From a virus, in the IMG/VR virus record IMGVR_UViG_3300033388_003553, positions 7,434 to 71,433 of that record: DNA of 64,000 bases; one strand, given 5' to 3'. The number at the start of each line of letters is the position of its first letter. The stretch's first letter is position 1. Shown in pieces: positions 61,673 through 64,000 of this stretch. The notes below the pieces were generated by a model. It was not told the DNA's origin and searched no databases. It saw only the letters and a program-made list of their open reading frames with translations. The position numbers and the translations under genes were made by a program.

Positions 61673-64000
61673 CGTTAAATATAAAAACTGAAAATATGAA
61701 ATATTTATTGTTTTTATATAGTGTTATAAATTCCGTTTTTGAAAAACCAGAAACAGAGTTTGAACGCTATATGATAGAAGAGCCAAAAGAAGATGTACAT
61801 TCATTTATGATTAATAAATTTCAAAAATGATTTATAACGTTTTAAATATGATTTGTGAGGCACGAATAAAATATATTTAGTGTTATAAGTTTTTATTTTT
61901 AGTGCGTTGGGAAAATAAGTGTAATAGTAAAACAAAAAAAGATTATGAAAAAATTTAATTTAACTGTAACTGATGTAACTAACATCATAGAAGATAGAAA
62001 TAAGGGTGTATATGTTAATGATTTAGCTATAAAATATAACACAACTAACGCAATGGCTACAACTCTGTATAAAGCCTATAACGGTAATACAATTTATTAT
62101 GAAAAATTAGGTGTAGAAGCAAAAAAGGTTTTAGATGAATGTTTAAAATTAAAAAGGAAAAATATAACTAAGCCACAAAAGTATAAGGTTAAAATACTAT
62201 TTGGATTGATTACGCTAAAAATAAACCCAGTAGACGGGTAGGGTAAAAATAATTACTTATAACACCCCTTGTATGGTGGTGTATGGAATGCAATGGAATA
62301 TGCACTATACAAATTGTTGTAGTGCGTTTAATTTAACTATAAAATTATGTACGGATATTTGAAAATAGGAATCTCGGATAAGAAAATGGCTAAACTTATG
62401 TATGCCATACTAATAACCAAAAGTAAGTTAGTAAACTGCCATCACTTAGGGTTAGAAAAATACACAAGAAAGCAGAACTCTGGAAACTGTGTTGATTTGG
62501 TTATTGAATTAAAAGCAGACCAAGTACAAAAATTTGAGGAATTAGCAGAAGTAAAATTGAAAACAAGTGAAGAGTTTCAAGGTAAGATGGTGCTGAACTA
62601 ATGCACTACAACGCTCCTTGTATGGTGCGTTGAACACTAAAGTAAATTGATAACTAAAACTTGGTAATAATGACAGAAGAAAACAAAGAGAAAGAACAAT
62701 GCACTATACAAAATGTTATATGGAGGTGCAATGAGGATATAACAGACTTGTACGGAAATGTTATGTTTACAAAAGGTCTAATATACGAGCAAATTAAAAT
62801 AGACCAATACCCAATGATGCTTATAGATAACAACGTTGAGGAAAGTGAGGTTTACAATCTAAAAGATAGTTTCACTTCCATATAACGGTAAAGAATATGA
62901 GTAGTGGCGGGAATAAGGGTTAACAGTACCGCATACAAACGAGTAACCCCGAAAGACCCGTAGGTTCAGCTCTTAGGTATGTTTTAGCCATTACTTATAT
63001 TTATTGTTAGCTTTTCGTTTTGTGCGAAGGCTATAAAACTTAATTATTATGAAAAGATATGGATTAAAAAATGACCGTCGGGACGATGGTGATAAGTTAA
63101 GCAATACTAATAATGCTGTTAAAAGTAGCATTGCTAGACCTGACGGTAAGGGAGCATTAAGAAGTAGTAAGTTAAAAAGGAGACTTAGGACTGTAATGAA
63201 CAAAAGAAAAAGAACCTTACTAAAAAGAGAATTGAATAGGGCGTTGGCTAATGAAAGCTAACGCTCGGTGTATCATACGTGCGTAAATAACAGGAAATGT
63301 TAATTAAAGGATTGAACTATGAAAAACACAGAAATACCTAAACAAGATAAACACAGTATGGATGATGACACATTGTTAGGCACTGTCATTTGTCCTCATT
63401 GTGGAGAAGAGCATAATTATAGAGAGGTTGTGACTGATAAAATAGACTACATCATCACAGAAAAGGACAGAATTTGTAACAACTGTAATGAATTAATGGA
63501 TTGTTGGGCTTATGGGTACTGGGAAAGTAAAACAGATTGTGCCTAACGGATTACGGCTATGAATTGAAGCCGTATAACAAATGTTCAATTCAAAGAAATA
63601 ACCTTAACAAAGGTTTTTATTTATAGCCATTGTTATAAAACGTTTTATTATGACTTCAAAATTAATTAAAGAACTAAACAGTAGCAGACAATTAATGTCT
63701 GATGTAAGTAGAAAGTTAAACAACCTATCAGAAGAAAATAAAGACCTTCGGGTTATGCTTTGGAGAATGATAGAAAAGCATGGAACGGAAATGAAAGGTG
63801 GTAAAATAGATGATGAAACTTTTGACAAGATATTGTCTGCGAATATTTATGTAGATGATGATTTAAACATACGTTTCTCAAATGTTTTATAACTAAAAAG
63901 TATATGAAAAGTAGGGGTGTGGCTAAAATAATGTTTCAAAATAATAATAGCTGTGTCTTACAGGATAGAATCGGTTTGAACGACATTAGCCCCTATTTTT

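Larger units (their letters stand above)
58171..64000 (+). mobile_element. Integron-like cassette array 3 (17 YAAC junctions; runs off the right edge)
   Basis: YAAC at 58431, 58687, 58965, 59256, 59463, 59854, 60282, 60782, 60997, 61670, 61835, 62260, 62609, 62883, 63259, 63544, 63890. Pairs include GTTATGCACC 58171 / GGTGCATAAC 58425; GTTGTAGTGCGTT 62316 / AATGCACTACAAC 62600; GTTATATGGAGGTG 62715 / CACTTCCATATAAC 62873. Mostly one small ORF per unit. Confidence 0.88.

Noticed and set aside
58171-64000. Hairpins as simple rho-independent terminators
   Set aside because: No U tracts, invariant AAC/GTT cores, complementarity across whole genes, and arms lying inside ORFs
1-64000. Integrase or reverse transcriptase serving the cassettes
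   Set aside because: No tyrosine-recombinase (R-H-R-Y) or RT (YxDD) protein is recognisable in this window
1-64000. Stop-codon reassignment
   Set aside because: Long conserved genes are intact under the standard code, and no suppressor anticodon (CTA/TCA/TTA) was seen

Overview
AT-rich segment of a large (jumbo-type) phage genome. Almost all genes are on the + strand, and repeated Bacteroidota-type TAnnTTTG (-7) promoters point to a Bacteroidota host. Recognisable genes: PrkA/YeaG-YeaH-SpoVR operon, UvsE, Thg1, sirtuin, DHFR, dCMP deaminase, ECF sigma factor, CysC-HAD fusion, PrsW, Acb1-like 2H phosphoesterase and homing endonucleases. There are about 25 tRNA or tRNA-like genes in three operons. 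Two systems stand out. (1) Each tRNA operon is preceded by a promoter, a short leader peptide, an antiterminator and an intrinsic terminator. The control codons of each leader match the amino acids of the tRNAs downstream: L/V/C, F/D/E/A and T/Y/Q/P/K/G. This looks like ribosome-stalling attenuation that switches on phage tRNAs when the cognate tRNAs are depleted. (2) Three arrays (about 37 junctions; 263-5314, 29531-30835, 58171-64000) of integron-like gene cassettes built from AAC...GTT hairpins. Their G-T wobble bias favours folding of the sense strand, genes sit in either loop of the unit, and no integrase is present in the window. All calls are by eye; no searches were run.
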